64,000 bases of DNA from a virus (lineage: Duplodnaviria > Caudoviricetes): the IMG/VR virus record IMGVR_UViG_3300037400_001617, one strand, 5' to 3'. Positions 1-14,600 of the stretch are shown here, piece by piece (the first letter of the stretch is position 1; each line of letters begins with the position of its first letter). The position numbers and the translations under genes were made by a program. The notes under the pieces were generated by a model. It saw only the letters and a program-made list of their open reading frames with translations, was not told the origin of the DNA and did no database searches.

Positions 1-356
1 AGCTCATCTAGCTCTCCTGAATCTACTACTCTTCTCATGTATGCATTATTCTGAGCTGCTCCAGGAGAGTAAACATGAATAAAGTCAGAGCTCTTAGCGA
101 ACTCTGTGATGTTAGATCTATTGATAAGTCTATATCTAGGACGCTTAGCACCTTCTGGTACCATATATAATACAAATGATATTCGATTGTAATACAGATT
201 CTCCATTCGCCTAGCCTTCTCAGAAAGAATCTGTTTAGCAAGTTGATCATCTATTTTGTAGTGTTCATACATCCACTCTAATCTTTCTCTGTAATCGAGC
301 GGAATGTCGCCATATTTAGCGTTGTACTGCTTCTGCATTTGCTTGAAAGAAGCCAC
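1..356 (-). CDS. RusA-like Holliday junction resolvase, N-terminal part (runs off the window's left edge)
   Basis: Not in the ORF track. GTG at 356 after AAGGTGGTGA, open to base 1: MASFKQMQKQYNAKYGDIP...VPEGAKRPRYR...HVYSP. The P-x-G-x-x-RPR...VYxP pattern resembles the RusA N-terminus; catalytic residues lie outside the window. Confidence 0.6.
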   Translation of the reverse strand, partial: MASFKQMQKQYNAKYGDIPLDYRERLEWMYEHYKIDDQLAKQILSEKARRMENLYYNRISFVLYMVPEGAKRPRYRLINRSNITEFAKSSDFIHVYSPGAAQNNAYMRRVVDSGELDE

Positions 357-430
357 ACTTTCACCACCTTTATAATGTAGAGTAAGGTGTTTCCACCTTA
401 CTCTATTGTTTTGGACGTAGTTAGATCTGA

Positions 431-2527
431 TTAGAGCATTGAGTATATACTAGAGATTCTGCTTGTTATTTTCTGAGTCATACCAGAAGTAAGATTGAAT
501 GGAATATCTACCCACTTGCTAGTAATATTGAGTGTAGCATACAGCTTAACAAGTCTTGTCAGTTCTGGTTCGTTGATATTGATACCACAGAGACTACAGA
601 GATAGTCAAGCTCCTGAATATTCTCAAGAGTATTACTCTTGGCAAGTGTGATCGGTGACATCGATATTGATGAATAGAGATCCTGGATGGTGAATGATAC
701 GTCTACTACTGTAGGAAGACCATCTTTAGTCCATCCTCCCTCTTTACCCTTATTGATAGTCATCTCAGTGATGATACCCATATCGATATTGAACGATCCC
801 TTATAGAAAGCCTTTACAAGGAAAGGAGCAGAGTATCCATTATGGTATTCACCTCTAGGCATAACGAGTCCTATAAGATGACATAAAGGAACATAGATAT
901 TTAACCACCAGGACTTAACGTCATAGTACGGTGTAGTAAGCTTGATGTTTATCTGGTAGCTCTTATTGTAAGAAGCATTAGACCAGATATTAGGGAACTG
1001 AAGTCTACCACCAGTAGCTACAGTCTTCAATGAACCAAGTAAACTGGAGAAGATATTACCATTTCCAGCAAGCTTAGAAGTGAAATCATCTATAGCCTTA
1101 CGGGAGTTAGCAAATACATCTCCTAGAGCATCAAAGTCTTCTGCTATCATAGATGATGTAGTACCCATAAGGAACTGCATCTCTCTTGCAGCATCAGAGA
1201 ATCCGTTGATCTTCGATGCAAGAGATGATTCAGTAGTCTCGTTAGAGAAGTTATCTGAATATTGAGACTCAGATGTGATATAGAACGGGATAACCTGTCT
1301 ATAGTATATCCATGACAGAGTATCTTGTGCCCATTCTACAACCTTTTCGAATGCTGAGTTAGTCTCATTGTCTCCCTTAAATGAATCGTCTTCTCCACTA
1401 TTATCAGCCCAGGCCCAGTTATAGTCTGAACAGGTACGACCATCAAGCATTCTGTATTCATTATACTCTGCTTCTGTGTCGAAGTCATCCGCTATAGCTC
1501 TTTTATCCTGACCAGTAGCAACGTGATCAAGTCCTAAAAGAACTGCACCTATTCTACACATAGGATTGACATACTGGAAATACTCGTTATATGCTGGCTG
1601 TATAGAGTACAGCTTACCAGAGTATCCATCCAAAAGGTCATTCAGATTACCGTCGTTGCCGCCAAACATGTGGTCGATGATGTTAGAGATAGCACCCTGT
1701 CTTTCAGAAGATGTACTATCAGCAAGGAATCTTGAGTTTCCTGGAGTAAGGTATAGAAGTGGCATTCTCGATGCTATCTTCTCAGCATAAGTAATACCGA
1801 ATATCTCATCTTCTCCAGCAGAGTTAAGATTGCTGTTTTGAATTCTCATATCTGCAGTGGGAAGAAACTGATACGGCAGACCGAATATGAATCTTAACTT
1901 CTTAAGATCATTCATATTGCTTACGGCATTACTATAAGCTTCAGCAGTCGAAGTAGCATCTGTAATCCAGTAATCTTCTACAGCATATGCTTCTATTCTG
2001 GCTACAGCATCCTCGCCTTCTGCTCCTTCTTCAGATTCTGAATCGTTTTTAAGGTCTTCCATTTTAGAAGACCATTCTGATATATTCTGGATTCTGTTCA
2101 GATCTGCCCTACCGTTCTTTACAAACTTTGGGGTAGCGACAAGATCTCTTCCAGCGTCATGCTCTTCATAGTCGTCTACTTTTGTCTTCTTGATATAACT
2201 CTTATTATCGTTACCTGTGTAAAGTTTAGCAACTCCGCTATCGTCTGTTCCTATCTCGATCCAAACATAATGAGACCCTTCCCAGTTATTGCCGACATTA
2301 TCTGCAGGGAGTAACACGGATATATAGTGTTTGCCGTCTACAGCCTTATAAGCAGTGCTTTGAACCTTGACAGGTCCTTTCACGCTACCCAGTAACGAAT
2401 CAGGTATTTTAGCAACGTCTCCGTAAACAGGTATTGATGAGGAATCTATTACTATCCAAGCACCATACTGTACGTTAGTTAACATAGATATCGTGTCTTT
2501 ATAATCTACATATGATGAATTCGCCAT
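431..2527 (-). CDS. putative baseplate/tail-associated virion protein
   Basis: 698 aa, directly downstream of the tape measure, with a late-type promoter and GGAGG RBS. C-terminal PFLVKAFYKG...GIITEMTINKG...GLPTVVDVSFTIQDLY resembles tube-initiator/baseplate proteins of contractile tails. Confidence 0.5.
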   Translation of the reverse strand: MANSSYVDYKDTISMLTNVQYGAWIVIDSSSIPVYGDVAKIPDSLLGSVKGPVKVQSTAYKAVDGKHYISVLLPADNVGNNWEGSHYVWIEIGTDDSGVAKLYTGNDNKSYIKKTKVDDYEEHDAGRDLVATPKFVKNGRADLNRIQNISEWSSKMEDLKNDSESEEGAEGEDAVARIEAYAVEDYWITDATSTAEAYSNAVSNMNDLKKLRFIFGLPYQFLPTADMRIQNSNLNSAGEDEIFGITYAEKIASRMPLLYLTPGNSRFLADSTSSERQGAISNIIDHMFGGNDGNLNDLLDGYSGKLYSIQPAYNEYFQYVNPMCRIGAVLLGLDHVATGQDKRAIADDFDTEAEYNEYRMLDGRTCSDYNWAWADNSGEDDSFKGDNETNSAFEKVVEWAQDTLSWIYYRQVIPFYITSESQYSDNFSNETTESSLASKINGFSDAAREMQFLMGTTSSMIAEDFDALGDVFANSRKAIDDFTSKLAGNGNIFSSLLGSLKTVATGGRLQFPNIWSNASYNKSYQINIKLTTPYYDVKSWWLNIYVPLCHLIGLVMPRGEYHNGYSAPFLVKAFYKGSFNIDMGIITEMTINKGKEGGWTKDGLPTVVDVSFTIQDLYSSISMSPITLAKSNTLENIQELDYLCSLCGININEPELTRLVKLYATLNITSKWVDIPFNLTSGMTQKITSRISSIYSML

Positions 2528-2578
2528 AACGTGTACCTCCTTTAGTCATTATTATAGAAATGTTCCAGAGACAAAAAG

Positions 2579-2605
2579 AGCCAGTAGAGGTTTCCCTCTA
2601 CTGGC
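2579..2605 (-). terminator. terminator after the tape measure gene
   Basis: GCCAGTAGAGG-TTTC-CCTCTACTGGC with a T-rich tract on the minus strand. Confidence 0.7.
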
Positions 2606-2612
2606 GTTCTTG

Positions 2613-5600
2613 TTAGTTCTTAGCTATCTGATATACTGCAGATGATATGTCCTTACCTGTAGAGTTGTTGAGTATAGAGTTGAGTGCTGTGATTGGAGCT
2701 GATGTGTTTGAATTGCCACCTGCCGCAGTGATAAGCTTAAGAAGATCAGCAGTTGTTGTATCTCCATTCTTAGCAGCAGTGTTAGCTACGATAGCAGCAA
2801 GAAGCTGAACTATTTGTTCGTTTCTAGCACTGTTGTCTGCTATAGTCTTGAGGATATCTACCACTGATGTAAGTTCCAGATTGATTGTAGATGAGGATTC
2901 AGATATACCGCCTCTACCCATTCCAGAGTTAACTGGTGTAACTACAGCATCACTACCGTTGATTTTGATATTAGTCTGAGGGACAATATTACGTCTAGCG
3001 GTATTGTGTACTGCATCTGCATAGATACCTGTCTGAATCAGCTGAGGATTTCTGCGGTTGTCTTCTGATCTCACCTTTATGAGTTTACGTCTCTGTGATT
3101 GTTGCTCTGCACCGAGAGTATTATAGATCTTCTTATTAGCAGACCTCATTCTCATAGCAAGTTCAGCTCGTCTTGATTGGCTAACTCTTTCGGGTGCCTT
3201 ACTTCTAGCCGTACCGAACTTGAATTCAGACATGCTAATCTTAGGAGCCTTTCTACCCTGACCAGTGAAGAGGTGTGATTCGTATTCCTGATACTCTACG
3301 ATATCATCGTTCGGGAAGCCCATGATATAAACTTCAGGGTTGATGAATGTACCATCGGACTTCTTGATACCGAAGTGAAGATGTCTACCTGTAGAAGAAC
3401 CAGTATGACCACCTATACCGATTGGTGAACCGATATAAACTTGAGCATTCTCCTTGATGTCTTGATGAATTGCGTTAAGATGCATGAACTGATAGATGTA
3501 TCCGTCAGTACCAGTGATTTCAACATAGTTACCAGCTCCTCCGCCATCGCTAGAACCAAGACAACCAGTGTTTGGAGCATAACCGCTTGTAACGTGTGTA
3601 ACAACACCATCACAAAGTGAGTATACTGTCCAAGCTTCATCTGAGTCGCCGCTTGCGAGAAGGTCAGTACCATTGTGTCCGTTAGGATGAACACCATCGT
3701 TATACCAACCAAATCTACACGAGCATCTAAACGTACCTCTAAACGGAGCAACGATTTCTCCATTAAAGTTAGTATTGACGTCTCCTGGAACTCCACTGCT
3801 CATACTTGCTCCATCTTCCTCTGATGCTGTGTCTCCGAAGAGAGCATCGTACAGAGGTCCGAAGAGTTTCTTAGATGCAGTGATAATATCGTTAGATATA
3901 ATGCTAAGTAATGATTTGCTACCAGATGATGCTGCTGAAGAACTGCTTGAAGTTGATGAAGAAGTCTTACTGTCAGATGATTCATCTTCCTTGATTTCTT
4001 TAGCTATCTCTTTAGCAGTACGCTTATCTTGTATTACAGTACCATATTTGTCTGGGAATCTGTTTCCCTTATTGATATGAGCACCATATACAACTTCGAA
4101 TGCTTCAGCATCGCTCTTACCGACATTCTTATTAGCTCTGAAAGATTCAGCCATCTTATACTGAATTTCGGCCTTATCGAGATCGTCTTTGATTCTCTTA
4201 TAAGCTGCGTCGTATGCTGGTCCAGTTGTATTAGCGAATGCACCTCTATGATGCTTGAGTTCATTCATTTCATATAAACGCTGCTTGTAAGCCCTAGCAG
4301 AATCTCTGTAATACGATTCATAGTCGTAACCATCTGTTCCCTTACCGAATCTACTGAGTATTCTATTAGCTTTGCTCTTACCCTTACCTGTGCTGTCTGA
4401 ATCGCTCTTACCATTGACGATGAGCTCGTACAGTATCTTAGCATTCAGTCTTCTGAGACGATCATAGATCATATTCTCAGAGTAGCTAACTCCCTCAGAG
4501 TTTCTACCATTCCAGTCACCTGAAACCTCGAATACTCTTTCGAAGTTAGCAGCTGCAGATTCAGGATCTGAGAGCTTCTTGAATTCCTCGAATGAACCTA
4601 CTGGAGTAAGTCCCTGAGATGCAAATGAAGGACTAGCATTAGCAGGATTAGACCAGTTGCCGCCATTCATGATCTCATATTTAGCGTGTTCAAGGTTTGC
4701 TTCCCAACTCCATACATCACCAGCAAAGCCATTATCTCTAGCCCAGTTTTCATGCTTTGAACCAGGAGTCCACTGCATGATACCGCCACCATAATAGATA
4801 ACACCCTTAGTAGCAATATTCCTAATAGAGTTGATACCACATTCCTGTTCCCAGTTACCAATAGCTCCACAAGCTGCCGCAGGACTAAGTCCGCAATCAC
4901 CTGTAAGCATAGCGTAGAGTTCAACCTCATCATCGGTAATAGAGATTGTGTGGGTATTTCCAACATCGTCTGTCAGAGTAAGGCTCTTGCCCTTCATCTT
5001 GGAAGCATCACCAGGATTACCTCCAACAGAACCAGATGTACTACCCTTTTTAGTGCTAGAAGTGCTGAGTATATTCCTGAGAATCTTACCATAAGGTACA
5101 AGTATAGCGTTAGCTGTATTGGAGATGAACTTCGAGAGAAGTGTTTCTTTACCCATACCTGTAGTAATCTTAACAGAACTGTTAGCCAGTGTAGAAGCAA
5201 GGTCGTAACGGTCACCACTTGTTCTCGATTCAGAATCTTCAACAATGAGTTTACCGTTTCTATCGATTCCTGTAGCTACTACGTAGTGAGACTGACTACC
5301 ATAAGGAGTGCTACCACTATTGCTAGAGTCATTACCCATCAGAACGACAGGATTACCGCTAAGCAGTGATTTCATAACACTCTTGTTGCTAGATGTAACG
5401 TTAGCAGGTATACCCTTCTTAGCAAGATAGTCTGTGAAGAATGCAGGGTATGTACCGCCATTAACTTCCTTATAGTTGTTGTTCATTGCATATCTGCCAG
5501 CTTCAGTAATATTGGCATCTTTGATACCAAACCTTCTAGCTACTGTAGCTGCAGCTGCAGGACCACAACCAGAATCAGCAAGTGTTTGTTTAGTAGAATC

Positions 5601-8600
5601 TCCCTTAGTAGAGTAAGCTGCGTTATAGTTTCTCTGATAGATATGATCTGGATCATATGTACCGTTACCATAACTGTCATCATTACCCATACCGAAGATA
5701 CTCTTGATCTTACTTATACCGCTCTTAATGGAAGAAGAAAGTTTTGCGGTGAATGATGTGTCTGACTTAGTGTCTTTTCCAGTAGATGAAGACGAAACCT
5801 TAGTTGTCTTGATATCTCCCTTATCGTTGCTCATTGAGTTGGTAACGTTTCTCATTGTATTAGATACAATAGCAAACGGTGCCTTGATTACTCTTTCCAT
5901 GAGTTCCTTCAGAGAGAACATTGAGTCTGCTATTCCTGCATTTGTATCGCCTCTTACTTCCCAGAACTTTGAGTCAAGAGGAGTAAGTACACCATCGTTA
6001 ATCTTCTTATCAGTAGCAGCATTCTTCGAGATAAGACTCCTGAATGCTTTTCCGATATTAGATACTTTTCCGAATGCACTATTGAGTCCGTTCTTTATAG
6101 AACCTTGTATTGTTCCAGTAACGTCACTAATAGAAGTTTCTCCAGTAAGCAGACCCTTTGCAGTTCCAACCATACCTTTAAATCTATCCATCATTCTGGA
6201 TGGAGCACTCTTAATTCTTTCGAGACCTCTGCGAGGAGCTCTCTTAATATACTCCATGACGTCTTCAGGATCGATATCTACACCGATTCTATCGAGTATT
6301 TCTGCTGGAATCCTATACATATTCTGATCAGCACGAGCATTGAACCAACCAGTTACAGTGTTCCATGCTTTCTTTGCGTGTTTCTTGACGCCCTTACCGA
6401 TTTTGGAACCCTTATCTACTATCCAGTCTCCAGCATCCTTGGCTTTCTTACGAACAGATTTTACTGCATCTGTATTCCAAACATCAGTAGCTGAGTCTTT
6501 AATCCAGTTTCCTATAGCCTTAGTGTCGCTCTTGGTCCAATCTATAGCCTGAGTAAACGCTTTCTTAAAGTCTCCGTTCTTGATATTGGTCAACTGTGTT
6601 TTCGCTCTACCAGGAATGCTTGTGATGCTGTTGATAAGTCCATTACCAGCTTTATCAGCATAGCTCCATAGTACACGATCCAACTTGTTCTTCTCTCTTG
6701 AGTAGTTATACTCTTCAAGAGACATATCTGTACCGTGCTCTTCGTTATATGCCTTTATGAACTCATTAGCCTCTTCCTGTCTTCTAATGTACTCATCTTC
6801 AAGACCGCATTTAGCTATAGACTCAAAGAGATGAATACATGCCATTACACACTGAGATGGGCTAAGAACCATTACCAGTCCGCTAAGAACTTTAGCAAGA
6901 CCAGCAAGCTGTCTATCTACACTGTCTATTTCATCTGGAGTAACTTGGAGAATATCTGCTGCTTGAGTTTTACCCTTTGAATAGTCTATAAGCATGATTG
7001 CTACTTCTACTACTGCTCCTACAATCTTTCCAGCTATAGTAACACTCTTCTTAGCACATCGCTCAGCGACTTCCTTAGCAGCCTTTTCAGCACCTTCTTC
7101 GATACCTTCCTCAACACCCTTGGATGTGATTTTCTTACCGAATTTAGCTGCAATGTTATCGGCTAATTCCTTGAACATTGATCCTTCTCCAAAGAACTTC
7201 TTGAATGCTTTCTTGATAAGTCCTGTAAGTTTTGAGAGAACACCTTTTTCAGCACCCTCAGTAATAGCTTTTTTAGTTCCCTTTTCGGTAGCTTCTTCAG
7301 CCATTTCTTTAAGTACTTTCTCTCCGCCTTCTTTAGTGACTTTCTCTACTGTCTCACCAGCTACTTCCTTAGCAGCCTTTTCAGCTACTTCTTTTTCCAT
7401 CTTAGTGATAGCACCCTTGGTGGTCTGTTCTATACCTTCCTCGGCTACTTCCTTGGCATTTTTCCTGAAGATATCCTTGACGTTCATACTGAGTACTTCA
7501 TCAAGGCCCTTGTCTTCTATCTTAGCAGCAAGCCTATTGATGAGTCTATTCTTCCAACCCATCTTAGCTCCCCACTTACCAGCTTTATTTGTAGCTTTGC
7601 CGACAGCTTTTCCTTCGGTCTCGACTACTCTACCAGTCAACTTGCTAAACTTGCCAGTGAGTCCAGGAATCTTTCCGAAAGTTTTTCGTGTAAATCTTCC
7701 AGATTTCTGAAGTGCTCCACCTATTAACCGAGCAGCAGAACCATGTAATCCTCTATAAGAAGAATTCTGAATGAGTGCATCTTTGATGAAAGTGCTAAGG
7801 AATCTGTTTCCTCTGCTTTGACGTTGTGCATTAGATTCATCGGCAGCAACCGCATCGATCATATTACCTTCTTCATGTGCACCCTGCCATGACGCATTAT
7901 CTTTAAGATTAATATCTTTATGAGCAAATTCTACTATGTCTTTTCGATCATAGATATTACCGTAGTCATCTTTACTGTATGCTTTAGTGTTCCCTTTGTT
8001 GTGCAGTATCTCTACGCCAGACAAATCGGTTTTCTTAGCTCCAGTAAGATCTTTTTCCTTAACGTCAGTTTTAGGTTTAGGAATATCTGAATCTTGAGTT
8101 GAACTGTAAGAACCTGCCATTTTAGCAAGATCTGATCCTATTGGTGAAACAGAAACAGAGTTGAGTGAGTTGATTTCGCCCTGTTGTGAGATAGCAAATA
8201 GTGTCTTCTGTCCAGTGAATGGGTTTGTTACGCTATGAACTGACTTAGCATTTGCCAGAAGAGCCTTACTCTGATTATCTAAGTTGGTATTGCTATTGTT
8301 ATACTCTGTCGCCATGTTCATGATGGCACGAGTATCATCTTTGTAAGCACCAGGTTTAGTTTCTGTATCACCCTTAATGACGTTAGCAGCACCCTTAGCT
8401 ACGCCCTTAGCAATTGTTCCCATGAGCGGTATAGCATTTTCAGCTACTGTTTCTACAGCTTTTCCGATAAGATTAGAAAGGTCTCCTCCAAATGATTTGA
8501 GTATAACTGGAAGTTTAGTCATGATTGCATCCGCGCCAATCTTCCAGAGATCTACGAATGAATGAAGGAATCCTGAACTTCCTTTATCTGGAGCAGAGTA

Positions 8601-11600
8601 TTCACCCTTATTAAAGATCCAGTCCTTAACTCCCTTGAAGAAGTTCTTTACCTTAGCAAGTGCGGGAGATATCATGTTAGCGAGACCGCTGAATATACCG
8701 CCTTCCCACTTTTCTACAGGATTTCCGTCTTCGTCTGTATATGAGTTCTTCTTACCCAAGAAGATAGGACCAAGCTTATCCTTAAAGAAAGGTACCAGAT
8801 GTTCTTTAGCCCATGGTTTGATAAACTGCTTATAGATTCCAGTAAGCAGAGGAGCAAATATAGCAACCTTAACTGCACCAGAGATAAGTCTCTGTATTAA
8901 GCTCTTGCCCTTCTCCTTGATATTACCTACTTTATCCTTAAGGCTTTCCTTGGTATTACCCTTGATCTCCTTAAGTTCAGCAAGCATTTTGGAGAATACA
9001 CTGTTCTTTTCGTTGTCTTGAGCATCCTTTGAACCCTTTTCAGAGTTCTTGTTGCCAGAGAAGAAGTTCTTAATTGACCTGATAGGATGGAATCCGTCAG
9101 AAACGAATGCGTTAGTGTGGATAGTATTGGTGTTGTTATTGAAGAAAGTCTCTGCTGTATCGAGGAGACTCTTAATCGACTTGATATTGAGAATCCTGTC
9201 TATCAGACCAGAGTAGTCTTTCTTTCTTTTCCGCTGCATGTCGGAAAGTTCTTTTCTGTATTTCTTATCTTCGAAGTCTGGGAAAGCTACTTTGATGTAG
9301 TCTCTAAATCCATCTATAGTGAATGGATAAACTACACCCTTATACTTAACTCCGCCGTTTCGATCTTTATACTTTCTCTTGAAAGTGTCATACATTGTCT
9401 TTATAACTTTTTCAAGAGTACTATGACGCTTTGTTATGTAGGCATCATCTGTTATTGTAAGAATCTTACCTTCCTTATCAACGTCGTCTTGTTTGTCCTT
9501 ATTACTTGCAGAGTAGTCTTGGTTTTCGCCAAGCCAGTTTGCTAAGTCGTTTGCACCAGTTCCTAATCTATTAAACAGACTACCGACTATTGGTACATGT
9601 GAAGCTACTGAACCTGCTAATCCTAAAGTTCTAGCGCCAAGTTTAGCAACTCCTATACCTCTACGGAGAAGGAAATTGTTTCTTCTTCTAGTGCCACCGA
9701 AGTCATCTGCATCTGCATTTCCTCCAGCAGAAGAATTTCTGAGATCATGTTCACTCTCCATTTCGGCTAATGCTCTTAACCTAGCTTCCTCTGCAGTTAT
9801 ACCAGGATTCTCAGCTTTTATTCTGCTGTATCTTTCTCTTACTTCTCCCTTGAGACCGCTAGCTTCAGCTAAACCACTTGTAACTTTAGCTCTGTCTCTA
9901 CGGATTCTTTCCATAAGATCTTTATCGTCAGTATAACCTACCTGAGACTTGATAGTATCAATCTCGTAGTCAGAAAGCATACTAACGTCAGCATATCCTC
10001 TAGCCGCTGCATAGTCTGCTTTAGCTTTATTGAATGCTTGATCACGCTTAGCCTTCTCTGAGTTGAACTGGTCGTTTGTATCTTTATACTGATAGTAAGC
10101 ATCCCATATAGCCTTACCGATCTTATCTGGGAGATCTGCGATCTGATCAGAGATAACTGCTACATTATTCTCGATCTTACCCTGTGGTGTAGCTATACCG
10201 TCTTCTGCTTCCTGATGATACTTTGCTTTGTATTCTGTGTGGAAGTTCTTTCTAAGCTTTTCGAGACCCTTCTTGTTCTTAAGGAACTTCTCGCTTATAC
10301 CAGCCTTCTTAAGATTCTCAAGCATCTGCTCCTTGCTAGTATTCTTGAATACTTGCTGCTGTTGCATAATGCGTTGTGTATCTTTCTTAAACTGGTCGAG
10401 AAGTTTAAGTATAGCCTCTTGATCAGACTTATCGAGAAGTGTTCTTCCGTCTTTACCCTTAGCTTTACTCTTGATAAAGCTCTGAGCAGCCTTGAAATCT
10501 GGAGCTGGATATCTGAGCATCTTAGTCAGTCTACCAGCATCAGCAGTATTCATATACTCAAGAAGTGAGTTAGAGAAGTCGTTCTTAGCCTGATTATAAC
10601 GGTCTCTGTATGGATCGCCAGTGGTCAGTGCAGCAAGCTGAGCTTCTATATCGCCTATCTGAGTAGAAGTTCTGTCTCTAGCAACGTCTGCTATATTAGT
10701 ATCAAACTCAATACTTTCTTTATTCTTGAATCCTCTACCTCTCATCATAGCATCGAAACCAAATCCGAACTTATGTTGATCTCTATACTGAAGTCTCTCT
10801 TCAGCAGATTTATTGTAAGCAGTACCTCTACGTATACGTCCTCTTTCAAGTCTATTGCCCACACTCTTAACCATATGAGCTCCAGCTATGAATGGAGATA
10901 ATGCTATGGTACCGCCAACCTTAACTGCTCCACCTATCAGTTTCTTAAGAGGATTCCTAAGGAAATCTGTTATACGAGCAGCAAGATTTTCTCCGAATAC
11001 ATTCTCGAAGTGTTTTCCTATCTTCTCAGCGAATGTATCCTTAATGTCTTGAGCAACGTTCTTAAAGGACTGAGCTATAGACTCTGCACCTTCCTTGAAA
11101 GGTTTGATTACCCAATCCTTAACCTCTCCAATGAGGCCGCCTTCACGTTTCTCTTTACCATTCTCGTCCTGAACCTTTTCACCGAATATAGCACTCATAG
11201 TGCTTTCGATAAGATCACGACCGAAGTTTGTAAGAGGATTGATGGCTTTCTTGATAGTACCTACAACGCCACCCTGTTTCTTTCCGTTAACTTCCTTACC
11301 AAAGATGAACTCTTTGAACTTGTCAGTTGAGGTTACCATACCAGCAGCACTACCAAGTAATGCGCCAGGCAGTATTCCTATAGGACTGAAGACTGCACCA
11401 GCAAGTGCACCTAATCCTATCTTAGGAAGTTTCTGTTTGAACTTTTCCTTATCTCCAAGGAGACTATCCTCACCAAAGATAAGACCGTCAAACATTCCTT
11501 CGTGTTCAGCGATTCCTGCAGCTCCTCCGAGGAGTATACCTGCAAGAGGTCCAAGCGGTGTAACAAGACTAAGTGCTCCTCCCAGGAGTGCCCCTTTACG

Positions 11601-14600
11601 CATACTTGGGAATGCCTTTTGGAGCTCTGTAGAAATAAGTCCAGTATCATCTCTTTCGCCATTCTCTCCAAGATTGCCGAACAGTGCATTAGCAAAGCCA
11701 TTAGATCTCTTAGAAAGTCCTGTAGCTATACCGAGTCCAGCACCGAGAAGTGGTACACCAAGTAATGCACCAGCAACTCCGCCGATACCAGCTTTAGCAA
11801 GATAATCTGTAGCAACGTCTACCTTTTCTCCATTGTTAAAGAAGTCAAGGATAGATTGTCTGATCGACTTTTCATCTGTATCAGTTCCTTCAGATGCGGT
11901 AGCATTAGCCATAAGCTTGTTGCGATACTTACGCTCTGCAGTATACTGTCTAGAAGCTGTAGAAGGAGATGCAGGGTTGATTACTACATCGCCCTTAGAG
12001 AGTCCATAAACTCCCATCTTAGGTACAACACCAGAACCTCCACGACCCATAACGATTTCGCCAGGGGAGAGGATAGATGTCATGTTACTCTTAGCTACAC
12101 CACCGTAAGCAGCACCGCTAAGATTTAAGTTGTCAAGAATCTGTTCTTCTTCGTCTCTGTTATCTCCTATAGGATTACCGAGAGCTTCTGCGATCTTCTT
12201 TAAAGGACCAGTTATCTTTTCGAGTGTTGGTCCTATAACCTTGGATAATGTTTCGGAGATTTTCTTTTCTCTTTCTTCCTTGGCTCTTTCTTGCTCAGTT
12301 ACTTCTGGAGAAGGCTGTGACTCTGAGTTAATGGTAGGATTGAGGAAGCTGCTATCTATAACTGTATCGAAGTTATTGTTTCTACGTATTCTAAGTCTTT
12401 GAAGCTGTCTTTCCTTTTTCTGAGCCTCAGTCTCACCATGCATATAGCGATCAGCATATTTGTCAAATACTTCTTGTCCATCTCCACCAACATCTGCTTT
12501 CATCTGCTTATAGTTGATATTGTGACTCATAATGAACTGAACGTACTTATCTGCTTCAGCATCATCTGCTCCCTTGAGAGTAAGTGCATTTCTACACTTG
12601 TCAAGGAATCTATCATCTTTGCTTCCTCTATACTGGTTCTTAAGGTTCATGATCTTACTACGTTGCTCATCATCAACCTTAATTGTGTTAGTTTTCCTCC
12701 TGAATCTGTTTTTGACTCTATTGAAGTCAGTAATAGGAAGACGATCAGTTCTTTCGTTAGTGAAATAATGAATTACAGATTCTTGTCTTGCTGCGTCATT
12801 GTAAGACATATTCACTGAGGCTGCCCACTTGATATACTCAGTACCGAATCCAGTTATTTTCTGGGTTGTGTACTTTACAGGAATAAGACTTGGGTTGAAT
12901 GATGATTTAACGATCTGTCTTATAGCCTTCTTTTTGTCTTTGTTATTGTACCATTCGCTACTAGAAGAATCAGAAGAGCCAGAAGAATCCGATGATCCTT
13001 CCTCATCATCTCTATCTCTATTTCTTCCAGTAAGGTCTCTAAGATCACGCCTGGCCATTTCAATTACATCGTGAGCGTTAGACCTGGTACGATCCCACAA
13101 GCCTCCTAATATTCCTCCAGTTCTAAAGCCTTCTCCATCAGCTTTACCAAGAATAGCCTCTTTAAGTTGGCCTAAGAAACTGTCTGGAGCAAGAAGCTTT
13201 TTGACTACATTACGTTGCCACCATCCGTTCTCGTCAGTAAAGAATTTTTCTAACGTAGTACCAATTCTGTTAGTGAGTTCATTAAATCCATCGGTGAACT
13301 TCTGTTGAAGCATTCCGAACAGACCTTCCTCTTCAACTGTTTCACCGTCTTTGTTTTTCATCTTGAAAGCATGCTTGAAGAAGATATCATGAATGAGAGC
13401 TTCGGTGCTTACCATAGCATCTGTAGCATACTGCCATGGCTTATCTGCAAGGCTCTTCATATATGCTCTAGCAAGTAAGAGCTTAGCCTTACCACCCTGA
13501 GCAGCCTTCATCTGTTCCTTAATATCTTTTTCTTTATCGTACTTGACAGATCGAGCATTTCTCTTTTCATCAGATGTGATAAGACCCCACTCTTCAAGTA
13601 CGTCGAACATGTCTTTCTCATTGGCTTTCTCTTGTTTCTGACGCTCAGCTTCATCTCTCTTGAATTCTTCAGTGATGTCATTGAGGACAGAACCGAACTG
13701 GCTTCTTACATTATCGGCATCAAGATCAACTCTGTTAGGACGTCTGAGTTTTCTATTGTAACGCTTATCGCCAGCTTTACGATACTTCTCATTTTGTTCC
13801 CATTTAGCTAACTCTTCCTGATAACGTCTTTCAAATGCCTTTTCGTCATTCGCTTTCTGTTTACTATATCGATGCTCAAGTCTCTTCCAATCAAATTTTT
13901 CTTTGGTCTCAAATGTCATGGGATCACTGGATGTGCTAGCATCATTGGGATCTCCTCCACCAAGCAATATAGAGAAAAGTCCGTTGTTTCTGATTCCAGC
14001 AAGATCAAGTTTGATATTCTTGAGATAATCAAAGATAGTATAACCATATTGGTCAGTGGTCATAGCTATAGCCTTAGCAGTAGGTGAATTCATTATAGAC
14101 TTCTGGTCATAATCACCATACTTATTCTTAAAGCGTTCGAGCCACTCGCCACTGTTCTTATTGATATCGATACCCTCCGAAGCAAAGAGAAGCTCAAGAG
14201 CAAGAGGATTGTTTCCTGTATCATTTCTCTTGTCAGCATTTCTCTTACGAGATTCGAAGACACTCTTGATTGTATTAGCAAGAACAACAGTTACATCGTC
14301 TCTATTAGTCAGTATAGGACTACCATTAGACCAATCAAGACCAGCAACTCTTTGCTGTTCTCTGTCACGTTCTGCAGTACCGTTACCATATCTCCAGTCT
14401 CTCTTCTTAGTATAACGATATTTATACTTAGTCTCTTGGAAACTCTTCTGGATGAACTGAGCTATGTTTTCATCAATGCCGTATTCTCTAGGATTACGAA
14501 GCATATTGAAGTCTGGGTTTTCATAGAAAGCGTTAGCAAATGCAGTAAGTCCCTTAATGAACTTATCTGCGTCTTGCTTATTCTTCATAATCTTATTGAA

